DNA from: Octopus bimaculoides
Taxonomy: Eukaryota
Assembly (NCBI RefSeq): GCF_001194135.2
Contig: NC_068982.1
Location: 166,454,626-166,518,625 of the forward strand
Direction: 5' to 3'
Length of the DNA stretch: 64,000 nucleotides
The notes below the pieces were generated by a model that was given only the letters and a program-made list of their open reading frames with translations, was not told where the DNA came from and searched no databases. Below are positions 1 to 12,050 of the stretch, piece by piece. Position 1 is the stretch's first letter, and each line of letters opens with the position of its first letter. Position numbers and translations under genes: made by a program.

Positions 1-426
1 AAAAAGGTGTTTTGTTTCTAAAACAATAACAAACCACTGACCCGAACTAGAAATTGAAATTTGAAGTTTCGACTTGAACCACGAAAAACGATTTCAGTTT
101 TGACTTAGGCTTTAATTCTGTGTATAGATTTTTTTTATTTATTCATTCGATTCTAATGTTTAATTTCCAGATCGCCTGTGGTAATGCTGCGTGCTGGCTT
201 GCTTCAGTAGGTTTTGTTGAATCATGTGAGGTGTGACCAATTGAAGCACTTGGTAGTGCATTGGTGTTTTGCCCCTCTTCTCTTTTTCTCCTCTCCTCTT
301 TTCTTCATTTTTGCCTTTTTTTTCCCTTTGTCTTTATTTTGTAAAACAATATTGAAGTGGAAAATCAAATATAAGACGCCTACCCGTTTAACTATAATTT
401 TTACTAATTCCTTTTTTCGGAACCCT

Positions 427-471
<45 letters not shown>

Positions 472-1110
472 NNNNNNNNNNNNNNNNNNNNNNNNNNNNN
501 NNNNNNNNNNNNNNNNNNNNNNNNNNNNNNNNNNNNNNNNNNNNNNNNNNNNNNNNNNNNNNNNNNNNNNNNNNNNNNNNNNNNNNNNNNNNNNNNNNNN
601 NNNNNNNNNNNNNNNNNNNNNNNNNNNNNNNNNNNNNNNNNNNNNNNNNNNNNNNNNNNNNNNNNNNNNNNNNNNNNNNNNNNNNNNNNNNNNNNNNNNN
701 NNNNNNNNNNNNNNNNNNNNNNNNNNNNNNNNNNNNNNNNNNNNNNNNNNNNNNNNNNNNNNNNNNNNNNNNNNNNNNNNNNNNNNNNNNNNNNNNNNNN
801 NNNNNNNNNNNNNNNNNNNNNNNNNNNNNNNNNNNNNNNNNNNNNNNNNNNNNNNNNNNNNNNNNNNNNNNNNNNNNNNNNNNNNNNNNNNNNNNNNNNN
901 NNNNNNNNNNNNNNNNNNNNNNNNNNNNNNNNNNNNNNNNNNNNNNNNNNNNNNNNNNNNNNNNNNNNNNNNNNNNNNNNNNNNNNNNNNNNNNNNNNNN
1001 NNNNNNNNNNNNNNNNNNNNNNNNNNNNNNNNNNNNNNNNNNNNNNNNNNNNNNNNNNNNNNNNNNNNNNNNNNNNNNNNNNNNNNNNNNNNNNNNNNNN
1101 NNNNNNNNNN
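472..1110. other. Assembly gap (N); other gaps at 4116-4812, 11248-11257, 21487-22181, 24789-24839, 38666-38789 and 53192-53329
   Basis: N runs, mostly bordered by microsatellites or homopolymers. Confidence 0.99.
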
Positions 1111-1421
1111 GGCATAACTACAGGGTTTTACCCCCCAGACTTTGGGAGGTCATAACTTTCAGAAAAATGAATATTTTTTAATGGAACAACCAAGTGACCA
1201 TTAACTTTGCACCAGTAAAATTTAAAAGAAACAAATACCTTGTTTCCTCACTGAAAGATATTTTATAAAAAGTAAGTGAATCTAGCTTAATTCGTAAGGT
1301 AAGTAGGTCTGCTTTGAGGATTTGATGCAGTTGTCGTTGAATGAAACTTATGTGGATCACTCATTCGAGTTTTTCCTATTTAACCACACTAAGACAGTTT
1401 ATGTGGCTATATTATACAAGT

Positions 1422-3230
1422 TTATATGTGGAAATTAGAATGAACTATTAAAATGTTCTCAAGGTTTTCATGAATTAAATTGTTTCTCTGGGGACTTAAA
1501 ATAGTTTCAAAAATAGAAAATAGCCGTTTTACACTGACTTGTGTCATTGGAACAGCATGCACAACTATAGCTAATTTGTACAAGTCTTCATACTTTATCT
1601 TCATTGTGTTCCACCAAGAAATTAAACAGCTATCTGCAGGAATTCTTTCAGTATTTGAAAAATCCCTAAGAGAAGATGAGATTGATTTTTTTGTGGCATT
1701 TAAACTTTTCTTGCTTTGTGCAGCAAATCTAAGCATGTTTTCCAACTCATCTTCTGTTGTAGCAGATACCATATGTTCTGAAACTACCTCAAGTTCTGGT
1801 TTGGGGTGCATTGCACTTAAAGCTCCATTAAGTCTGATCAAATGACTTATTGCTCGTTCTTCTTCTGCTTCAGATAGCATAACACTAAATCTTGGATCTA
1901 GATATAATGATGCTAATATTATTTCATTCTTAAGAAGTTCACTTTCCCTAGCATTCATTGCTTCTATGATGTTGTAAGCCAACATACAATCGATTTTTGA
2001 AATTTCACTTTTGCAAACAAACCACACCTTATAGAAATCCCCGGGAGTCAAGTTTTCTTCTTGCAATCTTACTATAGCTTTTTTAGCCGGTTCTAATACG
2101 TGCATAATTTCCTGCAACTCTACCCAATATTTAAGAGAAAACTTAAAATCGATTCCAATTATTTCAACAAACTCTTCAATAAACGGCCGGAGTTCCATTA
2201 AACGGTTAATCATTTTATATGTCGAACACCATCCTGTCACCACGTCTACAATGGGCATGTGATATTTCTGCACCTTTAAAATATTCATTATAACTGGAGT
2301 GGAAAGCTTTTTAGAAATATTCCTTGCATGGGCTATAGTGTTTGCATACAGTTCTCCATTTAGAGCATCTTTTACTGCAAGTTGTAAAGCGTGAGCAGCA
2401 CACTTCACAAAAAAACTACTGCCTATTTTTATATCTTCCACCTTGCTTATATAATTTTCTTCACTAGCAATTTCAGTACCGTCATCGTTTCTAGCACAAT
2501 CAACAGTCATAGAATATACTTGATTTAAACTCAAGTTGTATTTTGATAACACATTTATAACTATTTCTTTGATGTTTTCACCAGTATGAGCTGATGAGAA
2601 ATCTGTAACTGCTAATGTTCTTATTTGAAGAGAGTCTTTAATAATGACTTGGGCATTAAGTGCCAGCACAGATCTATCTAGATGAGATGCGATATCAATT
2701 TTCAATGAAAACATTCTGTTTTGCAGTTCTCCACTTATTTGATTCACAATTTCTGCAGCTTTTTCATCAACTAAATTTGAAATTTTCTTCCGATCCATTA
2801 CTGTATTGAGTGCTCGTTTAATTGGATCAATTAATTTACGTAATCCACTATCTTCAACTGCAAAAAAAGGTCTCCCATTCAGGGTCACCAACTCAATCAT
2901 AGCATTGTTAAACGTTTTAATGTCCATTGGGATGTTTATTGTTGAATAATATATGTCATGGATATTTTTTGCGATTTTAGCTTGACTGTGATCAAGAGAT
3001 TTTTTGTCGTCCAGCTGGAGTAATCTTTTCCCCGTTGCAGCTTCACGTCTTCTAGCAAGAATTTCGAATTCTGCTTTATGGTGTCTCTCCAGATGTTTCA
3101 TTAGATTAGTAGCACAAGGATGTCTCAAAACCATCGTGCAACCAATTACATTACAAGCCGCTTTTGCATTTTCGTGAGAACCAACAATTGTGAAGTAGGA
3201 ATATACTTCATTAGTTCTGTGACGCCCCAT
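1422..3230 (-). CDS. hAT-superfamily transposase with N-terminal BED zinc finger and C-terminal hAT dimerisation domain; third catalytic residue E->K
   Basis: 602 aa with no stops. BED finger YSYF..AACNVIGC..NLMKHLERHH; FSLKIDIA (D1); MTVDCARN (D2); CAAH (CxxH); TGWCSTY (cf. TRWNS); YLDPRF; C-terminal PMTQVSVKRLFS (normally SVERLFS). Confidence 0.93.
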   Translation of the reverse strand: MGRHRTNEVYSYFTIVGSHENAKAACNVIGCTMVLRHPCATNLMKHLERHHKAEFEILARRREAATGKRLLQLDDKKSLDHSQAKIAKNIHDIYYSTINIPMDIKTFNNAMIELVTLNGRPFFAVEDSGLRKLIDPIKRALNTVMDRKKISNLVDEKAAEIVNQISGELQNRMFSLKIDIASHLDRSVLALNAQVIIKDSLQIRTLAVTDFSSAHTGENIKEIVINVLSKYNLSLNQVYSMTVDCARNDDGTEIASEENYISKVEDIKIGSSFFVKCAAHALQLAVKDALNGELYANTIAHARNISKKLSTPVIMNILKVQKYHMPIVDVVTGWCSTYKMINRLMELRPFIEEFVEIIGIDFKFSLKYWVELQEIMHVLEPAKKAIVRLQEENLTPGDFYKVWFVCKSEISKIDCMLAYNIIEAMNARESELLKNEIILASLYLDPRFSVMLSEAEEERAISHLIRLNGALSAMHPKPELEVVSEHMVSATTEDELENMLRFAAQSKKSLNATKKSISSSLRDFSNTERIPADSCLISWWNTMKIKYEDLYKLAIVVHAVPMTQVSVKRLFSIFETILSPQRNNLIHENLENILIVHSNFHI

Positions 3231-3589
3231 ATTTAAAAATATCGGAGGAATTCAGTAAAATGATTAACAAACAAATATATGTAATAAACAGTTCAACTCC
3301 GTTATGGATTAAGCAATCTAGAGGAGAGGCAAATGAAAGAACAGATAAGAAATCCAAGTAAACAGATTGGAAATAATATTACTTACTGGCTTCTGTCAAT
3401 TAAAGAATATAATTTATGTATATATCTAGCGACGGACCTCTTTAATAGAGTCAGGAGGGAGAGAGAGAGAGAGAGAGTCTGTACTCTTCATTCCATGTTT
3501 TTAAAGCAGCTTAGTTAATTTGAACATTTAAAAAGGTATTTAAAAACATTTTCACAGTTAAAAGTATGTGAAAAAAATAAAGCTAATTT

Positions 3590-3815
3590 TAGATTTAAAT
3601 TTAAACTGGAATTGAAATTAATTAAAAACTGGAATTTATCGATTCAAATTCAAATTTCAATACATTTAAGTTCGATTCGATTTGGATTTTCAATTTCAGT
3701 TTTTAAAAAAATTTTTAGAATTTTTTTTTTTCGTTGTTTCTCCACTTCCTTGTTATGGTTAATGACAATTTCTCAAGTTTTACTGGTCTAAATTTTGGAA
3801 CTGGAAAAGAAAATC
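3590..3815. repeat. Subterminal short-repeat cluster (AACTGGAA, TTCAAAT) upstream of the hAT ORF
   Basis: AACTGGAA recurs at about 3604, 3627 and 3799; loosely similar in inverted orientation to 45-105. Confidence 0.45.
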
Positions 3816-5949
3816 CGAAATATATATATATATATATATATAAAGGTATCGAAATTTCCGTCCATAACATAGAGAGAAATGCTGCCGGGCATTCACATCG
3901 TCATCTGTCAATTGAGAAATAAACATTTTCGGTGTTTCTAACACATCGTGTTACAAAACAGCACTAATGTTATTAGTGAATATAAAATACTTAGGGATTT
4001 TAACAATAATTAGGTTTACTGTAATTTTTTTTCTGCAAACAAACCAAAATATAACGTAGATATTTTGTTGAAGAGTGAATTTTATTATCTTATCAAATCT
4101 CCGACCCCCCCCCCCNNNNNNNNNNNNNNNNNNNNNNNNNNNNNNNNNNNNNNNNNNNNNNNNNNNNNNNNNNNNNNNNNNNNNNNNNNNNNNNNNNNNN
4201 NNNNNNNNNNNNNNNNNNNNNNNNNNNNNNNNNNNNNNNNNNNNNNNNNNNNNNNNNNNNNNNNNNNNNNNNNNNNNNNNNNNNNNNNNNNNNNNNNNNN
4301 NNNNNNNNNNNNNNNNNNNNNNNNNNNNNNNNNNNNNNNNNNNNNNNNNNNNNNNNNNNNNNNNNNNNNNNNNNNNNNNNNNNNNNNNNNNNNNNNNNNN
4401 NNNNNNNNNNNNNNNNNNNNNNNNNNNNNNNNNNNNNNNNNNNNNNNNNNNNNNNNNNNNNNNNNNNNNNNNNNNNNNNNNNNNNNNNNNNNNNNNNNNN
4501 NNNNNNNNNNNNNNNNNNNNNNNNNNNNNNNNNNNNNNNNNNNNNNNNNNNNNNNNNNNNNNNNNNNNNNNNNNNNNNNNNNNNNNNNNNNNNNNNNNNN
4601 NNNNNNNNNNNNNNNNNNNNNNNNNNNNNNNNNNNNNNNNNNNNNNNNNNNNNNNNNNNNNNNNNNNNNNNNNNNNNNNNNNNNNNNNNNNNNNNNNNNN
4701 NNNNNNNNNNNNNNNNNNNNNNNNNNNNNNNNNNNNNNNNNNNNNNNNNNNNNNNNNNNNNNNNNNNNNNNNNNNNNNNNNNNNNNNNNNNNNNNNNNNN
4801 NNNNNNNNNNNNGGAAAGGACTCTGTGAATAATATAATTTTAGTTATAACTTTAAAAATATGGGATGGTCGTAGCTGGAATGCTTTTGATCAAAGGTCTG
4901 CTCTATTGAGTTGACCTTGGCCAAACAATAGTGGAAAGTCGACTGAACTGAATTTGCCTGTTCGTTGAAATAGCACTTTAAGTTGCTGAACATTACACAC
5001 ACATGTACACTTCAAGGAGTTCAATTGTTTAAGATGGGAGAATGCGATAAAGATTAATGCGTAATGAAAAATTATTTCAATATTTCCGTTTTCATTAGTT
5101 TGATTAACTTTTAACTAGTACTGGAACCACTGCAGGGGATATAATAAAGTTAGGTTTGAGTATTTGTCTTATCTGCTTAACATTGTAGAAAATTGGAGAT
5201 ATGTAGTGGTCTTGACATTTCCAGAATCAAATTTTGATTGTATTCCTTAACAAATATTCGAGAGTATTTTTTTATATATTCTTTCTTGCACATATTTTTT
5301 TAAAACTCTTTCACTGATTTCTGTAATTGGACTGTGGCCATGCTAGGACACATCCTTGAAGACTTTAGTTCAGAGGTTGTCAACCATTTTTTAAACCTAT
5401 GGACTCCCTTGATTCCTGTTTTACTCGAGTAGTCCTTCGTAGCCATTCGATGTTTAAAAATTCCTATTACAGTTTTGTAATTAAACATTACTAGGAATTG
5501 TATTAAAAAATTTATCAAAAATATTTTGAGCATAACCAGTTTATTGCTCATAAATTTTAACAAAATTTTGTATGAACCCCTGAACTTATTTTAATTTTGG
5601 TGGTTATATTGTCAGTCTCTTTCGGCTGAACTGCTAAGTTACAGAATGTTAACAAATCAATACTGATTGTCAGGTAGTGTGAGACAGAGTTGTGCAAATG
5701 CGCTCACACATATGAAGGGCTACTGCACCATTTTGATCTCCCAAATTTACTTATGAGGGGTTAAAACAATTGGAGTTGATGTACAACACTATCTAGTGCC
5801 TTGGGTCCTGATGTTATTTTATTGTGGAACCCTTATGTAACATTTTTAAAATTATGTAACACACATCTTAATTTTAATAACATCAAACTTTGGCAATATG
5901 CAGAAGTGAGAAGACTTGTCAAGCCAAGTGAAATCGTAGTTATGGTCAA

Positions 5950-6147
5950 TGTCAGTGTCACGTAACTGGCGCATAAGAAGCACCCATTACACTCTTGGAG
6001 CGGTTGGCGGTTTGGAAGGGCATCCAGTTGTAGAAACCATACCAAATCAGATTGGAACCTAGTGCAGCTCTCTATCTTACCAGTTTCAGTCAAACCATTT
6101 AACCCATGCTAGCATGGAAAACAGATGCTAAATGATGATGACGATGA
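5950..6147 (+). mobile_element. RTE LINE 3' tail fragment (older copy)
   Basis: GGAAGGGCATCCAGTTGTAGAAAC...AACCCATGCTAGCATGGAAA..(GAT)n, the same module as other copies. Confidence 0.8.
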
Positions 6148-6859
6148 ACACATTCATATAAAATACATTGTTTTGAAATGGTATATACCTTTAAAAGAAA
6201 TTATAAAACACATCTTATCTGACAGAACCCCAGAATTTTCTCAATCCGTTTTGGGAATACTGACCTAGTAGGATGAGGGTGAATCAAATTAATAAGTGCT
6301 AACTCATGTGAGGTAGTATTTAAGATGGATTTTATGAAAGTAGAGATTAAAGAGAATAACTGATTGACAAGATATTCCTTGAAGACCTCTCAAGAAGTCA
6401 TCCAGCTGAGAGAGGCTTGATTGTATATAGTAAGCCTGGCTTAACGAAAGATATCCAGTTATTCAACCATTGTTTTGATGCTCAACATAGATGTGTTGAG
6501 TGAGTGAAAAAAAAAAGTCTGAAACTTTTATGATTTATGGTGAAGGCAGTGTGAGAAAAGAAAAATTGAATTTTTTTTCGCTAATTTCATACCTTTTGTG
6601 CAATATTTAACTGATCATCATCGTTATTTTAATATCTACTTTTCCATGTTTACATGGGTCAGATAAGTGTACCTTGTGACAGTTTTCTACAACCAGCAAC
6701 TCTTCCTTATGCCAAGCCCCAGCTGTTTCCTAGTAAAGTAATAATCCCCCATTCTACTGAACAGCCAAGACATTACTTTTGTGGTGGACTGCAAGTAAAT
6801 GGGACTGTCGACATTAATGGTAAGGCTATCGTTTACAACCAGGAAAAGCACATGAAGAC

Positions 6860-7025
6860 AATTGGAAATACTCATACATACACACATACATACATATACA
6901 CACAGCAGGCTTTTTTTCAGTTTCCTTCCACCAAATCCACTCATAAAATCTTTGGTCAACTGCTGGCAATAGTAGAAAACATTTGCCCCAAGCAAGCTTC
7001 TTAACCACAAAACCATGTTTGTGCA
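6860..7025 (-). mobile_element. CORE-type SINE fragment
   Basis: CAGTTTCC..CCAAATCCACTCA..TAGTAGAAAACATTTGCCC, matching the copy at 61742-62146. Confidence 0.7.
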
Positions 7026-7689
7026 CATGATGAATTTTCAAATTTGTCTGTCTGAAACTAAATCATTACAGCTCATGAGAAGATAGTGGAATTATAGAAT
7101 ACAGCATTAACCTAAATGCCTTTCTTTTGCCTCTTCATTTTCTGAGCTCAAATACTATGAGGGCTAACATTTTCTATCATCCACTCAAATTAATAAAATA
7201 GTCATTTCATTGAATTAGTTAAATCATCTGTACATTTCTATAAACTTTGCTATCTTTTTTTTTTTATAGTTCCTGATAAAAATGTTAGGGTCTCTCTCTC
7301 TCTCTGTAAGAAGAAATGTTTATATTATTGAATATTATGTACATCATGAAGCAATATTCTCTAGTGTTGTTTGGATAGTCTAGTGTTGAATTCTTTTCAC
7401 ACCAATTTTAATATACTTTCCTGGAATTAAGATTTACCCTTGTTTTTACTAGAATTTGTTGAGAAGAATTTAGCTTTGAGGTGATTATAGTAACAGCAAT
7501 TTTGATATTGGTAGTAGTGCTTCTTGCTTGATGCTTTTAGGTGTCCATGTAGTCATGAGCAGATATAGATACTCCTTCAATCCTCATGCAACATTAAACA
7601 TTCAGAGGTGACAGATAAATGGTAATAATATCAGTCTCGAGTAGCTAGAAGCTGCTGGTTGGAAATCTGCACACTGGCAGTGTGAGTGT

Positions 7690-8150
7690 GACGGCTGTGG
7701 ATAGATGAAAGTGTGGTAGCTGCCCAAGATCCTGCTCAAATAACCAGGCAGTTCTTGTTCAGAAAGCTCCAAAATTAGTTGTAGAAGCAACAAGGCACAA
7801 AACTGGCAATAAAGTACAAAGTATATTGAGCAGTAGAACTAGCCTGCCTTGTATTCTGCTGAGACCTGCACATTGTTTTATCAACACAATGAAAAGCTGA
7901 TAAACTGCTTCCTACACCAGCATACAAATAAACCTAGTGTTGGTTTATCCTGCTGGAATTGCAGATGCACTGGGAAGGTCATAGAGAGGACACAATGATT
8001 ACTAAGGCTGTACTTTATAATGAGGTGCAATGTGGAAGCTGTAGAAAAGAACACCAGAAACTTTATGAAAAGGATGTCATCTTATGATGTGTCAATGAAG
8101 CAGTTGGCCAATTATGGCAGAAGGTTATAAAGGAGTAAAAATTGCAATCA
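7690..8150 (+). mobile_element. Degenerate RTE-clade LINE ORF2 3' region
   Basis: Broken-frame peptides KVY*AVELACLVFC*DL (cf. KVYRAVVLTTLLYGCETW) and LQMHWEGHREDTMITKAVLYNEVQCG..QKLYEKDVI (cf. QLRWAGHV..PK.VLYGEL..QKLRYKD). Confidence 0.72.
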
Positions 8151-11100
8151 AATTGGATGAAATGGTAAGAAGAGGAAAGCTGGAACCAGGACTGCCAACA
8201 ATATTTTGCAATAGCTGTGGTCATGGTTGTGTTGGCACTTTGGCTTGCAACCAAGTAAAACAGCAAAACATAATTGAAGTTTCTTCATTATAATTCAAGA
8301 AAAATTCTTTTTCAGCGACCAAGTTATACTTGATTATGTGTGATAAATAAGAAGATGAAAGTTACTACGTGGACTCTATATGGTAACACAGTGATTCTGA
8401 TATTTGATAGTGGTGTCTCCTTCCTGCTTGAAGTAACCAGAATATGGTTAAAAAGATAAGGAAGAGGAAATCAATCCATAATTTGTGAAACATTATACTG
8501 AACTGGAGAGAATAACAGCAACACATTAGTGATATGTCTTTCACAGGCATTCTGAGATATGACACAACATAGTTTTATTTATTTGCGTTATGTACGGAAT
8601 GGGCTGCAACTCATAACCAAAATCATAATCTCAGCTAATGTACTCTGGTTAGAGGCTGAACATTCTCTCAAACAAAGATAATATGCAATAAAATGTCCTG
8701 AAACAATGAAATACAAGCAAAGGATTTGAACTCATGACTACTCAGCTATCTTGCCTCTACAGTAAACTGTATATCATGCAGCAATACAGGTTCATTTGAA
8801 AACCCTCTCAACAATAGTAAATGTCATGGTTTATTTTATTCAGTGTACAAGAAACAATCTTTATGAAGCTCATGCTCAGTTTTATATCAGTTTGTATAGA
8901 AAAGAGCAATCAAGACACAACCGTTTGATGAAATATGCCCAGCTTCTGTTATTTATAATATTACAAAAATAACAGAATGAAAACTCCATTTTGGTCTAAG
9001 GTTTACAATTATTTAACTACTAGAAGTTAAATAAATATTAGTTACAAACTAAAAAAAATTACATCTCATGTTGGTATACATATTTCAATAGTTGTAGAAA
9101 ATTAAAATTAAATACAAGTGGGCCTTTAAAAAAATAGAAAAAGTTGCAAAAAAGTTGTGTATCTATATTTAAAAAGAATTTTTGATTAGGTTGAGGGAGA
9201 GAAAATTCATGATGCAGGCTGAAAATTAATGATGATAAACAGAGGAAAAGAAACATAGGTCAAAGCAGAAGCTCGCTGTTAACAAGGCAATTTAAAAAGA
9301 GGCTCTAGATGTAAGGACTACATCTTTCATGATCTGAATCTGGCTGATGCATAGCTAATTGCTAAAACATTTTTTTCAGTATCTTGTAGGCACAGGGAAA
9401 TTCACAACCAAAATATATTAATATATTACAAGTGTGGGATGTAGGTTACAAGAGATATATTTACATTTTAGATATATCTCACAAAGTAGATTTATATTAA
9501 AAAAAAAAAATTCAGTAACAGAAGATACACACTATACATATAACATTAATACAATACAGGAAGATGATAAAACACTTCCATATTAATAGTTATTGCTAAT
9601 GTTTTTAAGATATACCAACCTAAAAGGGTTTTCTATACTGTACATACTAGACAGGATTGGACTAAATATGAACACACACACACACATACATACAGCCATA
9701 CACACACACACACAACACAAAAACTAGAAAATTTGTGACAAAATCTACTATCAAGTTGTACATTTTTCCACAACTATATCTTTATTATTTTATGAAGCTT
9801 CATGCATGTTTGATGTATAAAGAGAGACAGATAGATAGACAGACACACAAAAAAACGACAAAGCTGAAGTTTGTGAACTTGTTTACAAATGTAGATATAT
9901 GCATACAAACAATAACTATTGGGTAGACTTCAAGAGCAAACACATTAGACAGAAGTTACAGATAGGTGCACATGAACTTAGAGGAAATAGGACAAAGAGA
10001 AAACTAGAGAAATGGAAGACCTTTAAAATTCTGGCACATTTGTACACAAATTTAACATATACATCAGGTTGGTTTTATTACTTTGTGGTCAATTGGAATG
10101 CCATTGTGTTTGCATGTGTGTGTAGAATATATGATTTGGTTTGACATTGTTTATATAATTAAACATGGTACTGAATAGTATATTCAATACATGTAATGTA
10201 GAGCAGTTACAGGCAAACTGCAACCCACCCTACTTTCTGAATGGCATGCCTAACGAAAAATTACCATGAATTTTTTTAATAGTGTGGCCCACCTGGTGAT
10301 GAGCTATGTCTCATGTGGTCCACTTCTTGGAAAAAGTTATCCATACCTGTTGTACAACATTCAATGTGTGTGTGTGTGTGTGTGTGCGTGCGCATATATA
10401 TATATATATGCATGTGTGTAAAGACATTAAACAAAAGTATGAGCAGTTAATTTAGTGATAGAAATAACTTGAAATGGTAAAAAGGTTATAAATTTTATTT
10501 TAATCTGTAATATAATTTCAACTTAACATAATTATACATTATATATGTATTCAATTTAAATAAATACTCTACTTTAGATACTGAATTAAATTTCTAAATT
10601 ATCATATATATTTATATATTGTTTTTGTTTATTTTGTGGTGCAAAAATAAGTGTTCAATACACTACTGTGTTACAAGTGTGTATAGGCTAATATGAGTTT
10701 GTCGTGTGTCAGGTAAACATGGTAACACAGACACATATATCAAGGGGAAAGATTTATTTTCAAGGTTTATAAGGAAATAGTGCTGCACATGATAATCACT
10801 GACCAGAAACTTTAAGAATTTCATATTGAGTAAATGAATAAAAAAAAAATTAAATATGTGAATTCTATGCATTTTTTCCTTATAACTCCTTAATTCCCAA
10901 TTCAAATTTCTAATCCCAACAAATATTATGAAGAAATAATTATCTCCCTTGTAATAGCTGTGAACACTAGGGAAACCACGTGTTTAATTTTTTTTAATTG
11001 ATACCTCATTTTTTGTTTACATAAAAATAACAGAGAAGAAACTAAAGTTCAATAAACATTTTAATTTGAGCTATTAAGCAATTTCATAGTTTTAATTATA

Positions 11101-11519
11101 TTTTAATAAATGTCTAAGTCTAAAATTTTAATTCCAGATTTTTATATCCCCACTGTACTGTTTCTATTTAGGCATATATTTTGGTTTTATGAATTTGAAA
11201 TTTAAAACTTAAAGCTCACCCCTTTACTAAAAAAAAAAAAGAGGAAANNNNNNNNNNGTCACCCCTTTACTAAAAAAAAAAAAGAGGAAAGACAGAGTGA
11301 AGAGAGTGTGTCTGTAATTAGAAAAAAAAAAACATACACAAATCTAACCATAACTCTCTAAAGTTGAGCACCGGCATTGGAAGATCTTGCATACCAGCAG
11401 AGATCAATTAGAATAACATACACATACACATTCTAAGTGTGATTCTTGGCAGCAGGGTACATTCACAAACTTCAAGGAAATAATACTAAAAAGACAAACA
11501 TAGAAGAAAAAAAAAAAAG

Positions 11520-12050
11520 AAGAAACATTTATGGAAAAACACCTTTGATTAGAATTTTGACACTGGTAAAATAGAAAATATCTTTGATTGAATAAATTCC
11601 ACACAGATACACAGAAACTATTTTTGAAGTGTTTCTTTTCTACAGGTAAAATGGAAAACAGTTTCACTGGTATTAATTTCACATACGTAAATCAGAAAAT
11701 TATTTCGATGGTATTGATTTCACACAAGTAAATAGAAAACAATTTTAATAGTTTTACACATAAAGAAAACATTTCTGATGAGATTAGTCACCCAGAGAAA
11801 GCTTATATATTCTTCATTTCACATAGATAAAATAAAGAACATTTTTAATAAATCTAATTTCATAAAGATAAGAAAACATTTTCAGTCAGATTAAATTCAC
11901 ACGTGAATAGAAAACAGTTTTAATAGGCTTATATTTTTAACAGAAACCATTATAGCCTTAATTTTATACAGACAGATAGTAAAATGATATCTGGTAGAAT
12001 AAATTAATTTCACACAAAGTGCTGAAAAACACAATTCTTCCGTTTTCTGG
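11520..12050. repeat. Degenerate tandem array, unit about 38-42 bp (TTAATTTCACACAAGTAAATAGAAAACA-like)
   Basis: TTTCACA(C/T)A...AGAAAACA recurs roughly a dozen times. Confidence 0.6.

Noticed and set aside
214-1155. Long ORFs spanning N gaps (also 4065-4914, 21377-22369, 38613-38834, 53035-53465)
   Set aside because: They stay open only because N codons hide stops; the flanks are microsatellites (YIYI, CVCV).
1480-1845. 121-aa + strand ORF
   Set aside because: Antisense shadow of the hAT transposase with no independent features.
11215-11290. Direct duplication TCACCCCTTTACTAAAAAAAAAAAAGAGGAAA on both sides of a 10-N gap
   Set aside because: Typical unmerged contig-overlap artefact.
11520-12050. 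Possible decayed C2H2 zinc-finger array
   Set aside because: No Cys/His spacing or TGEKP linker in any frame I read, and the period is about 40 bp rather than 84 bp.
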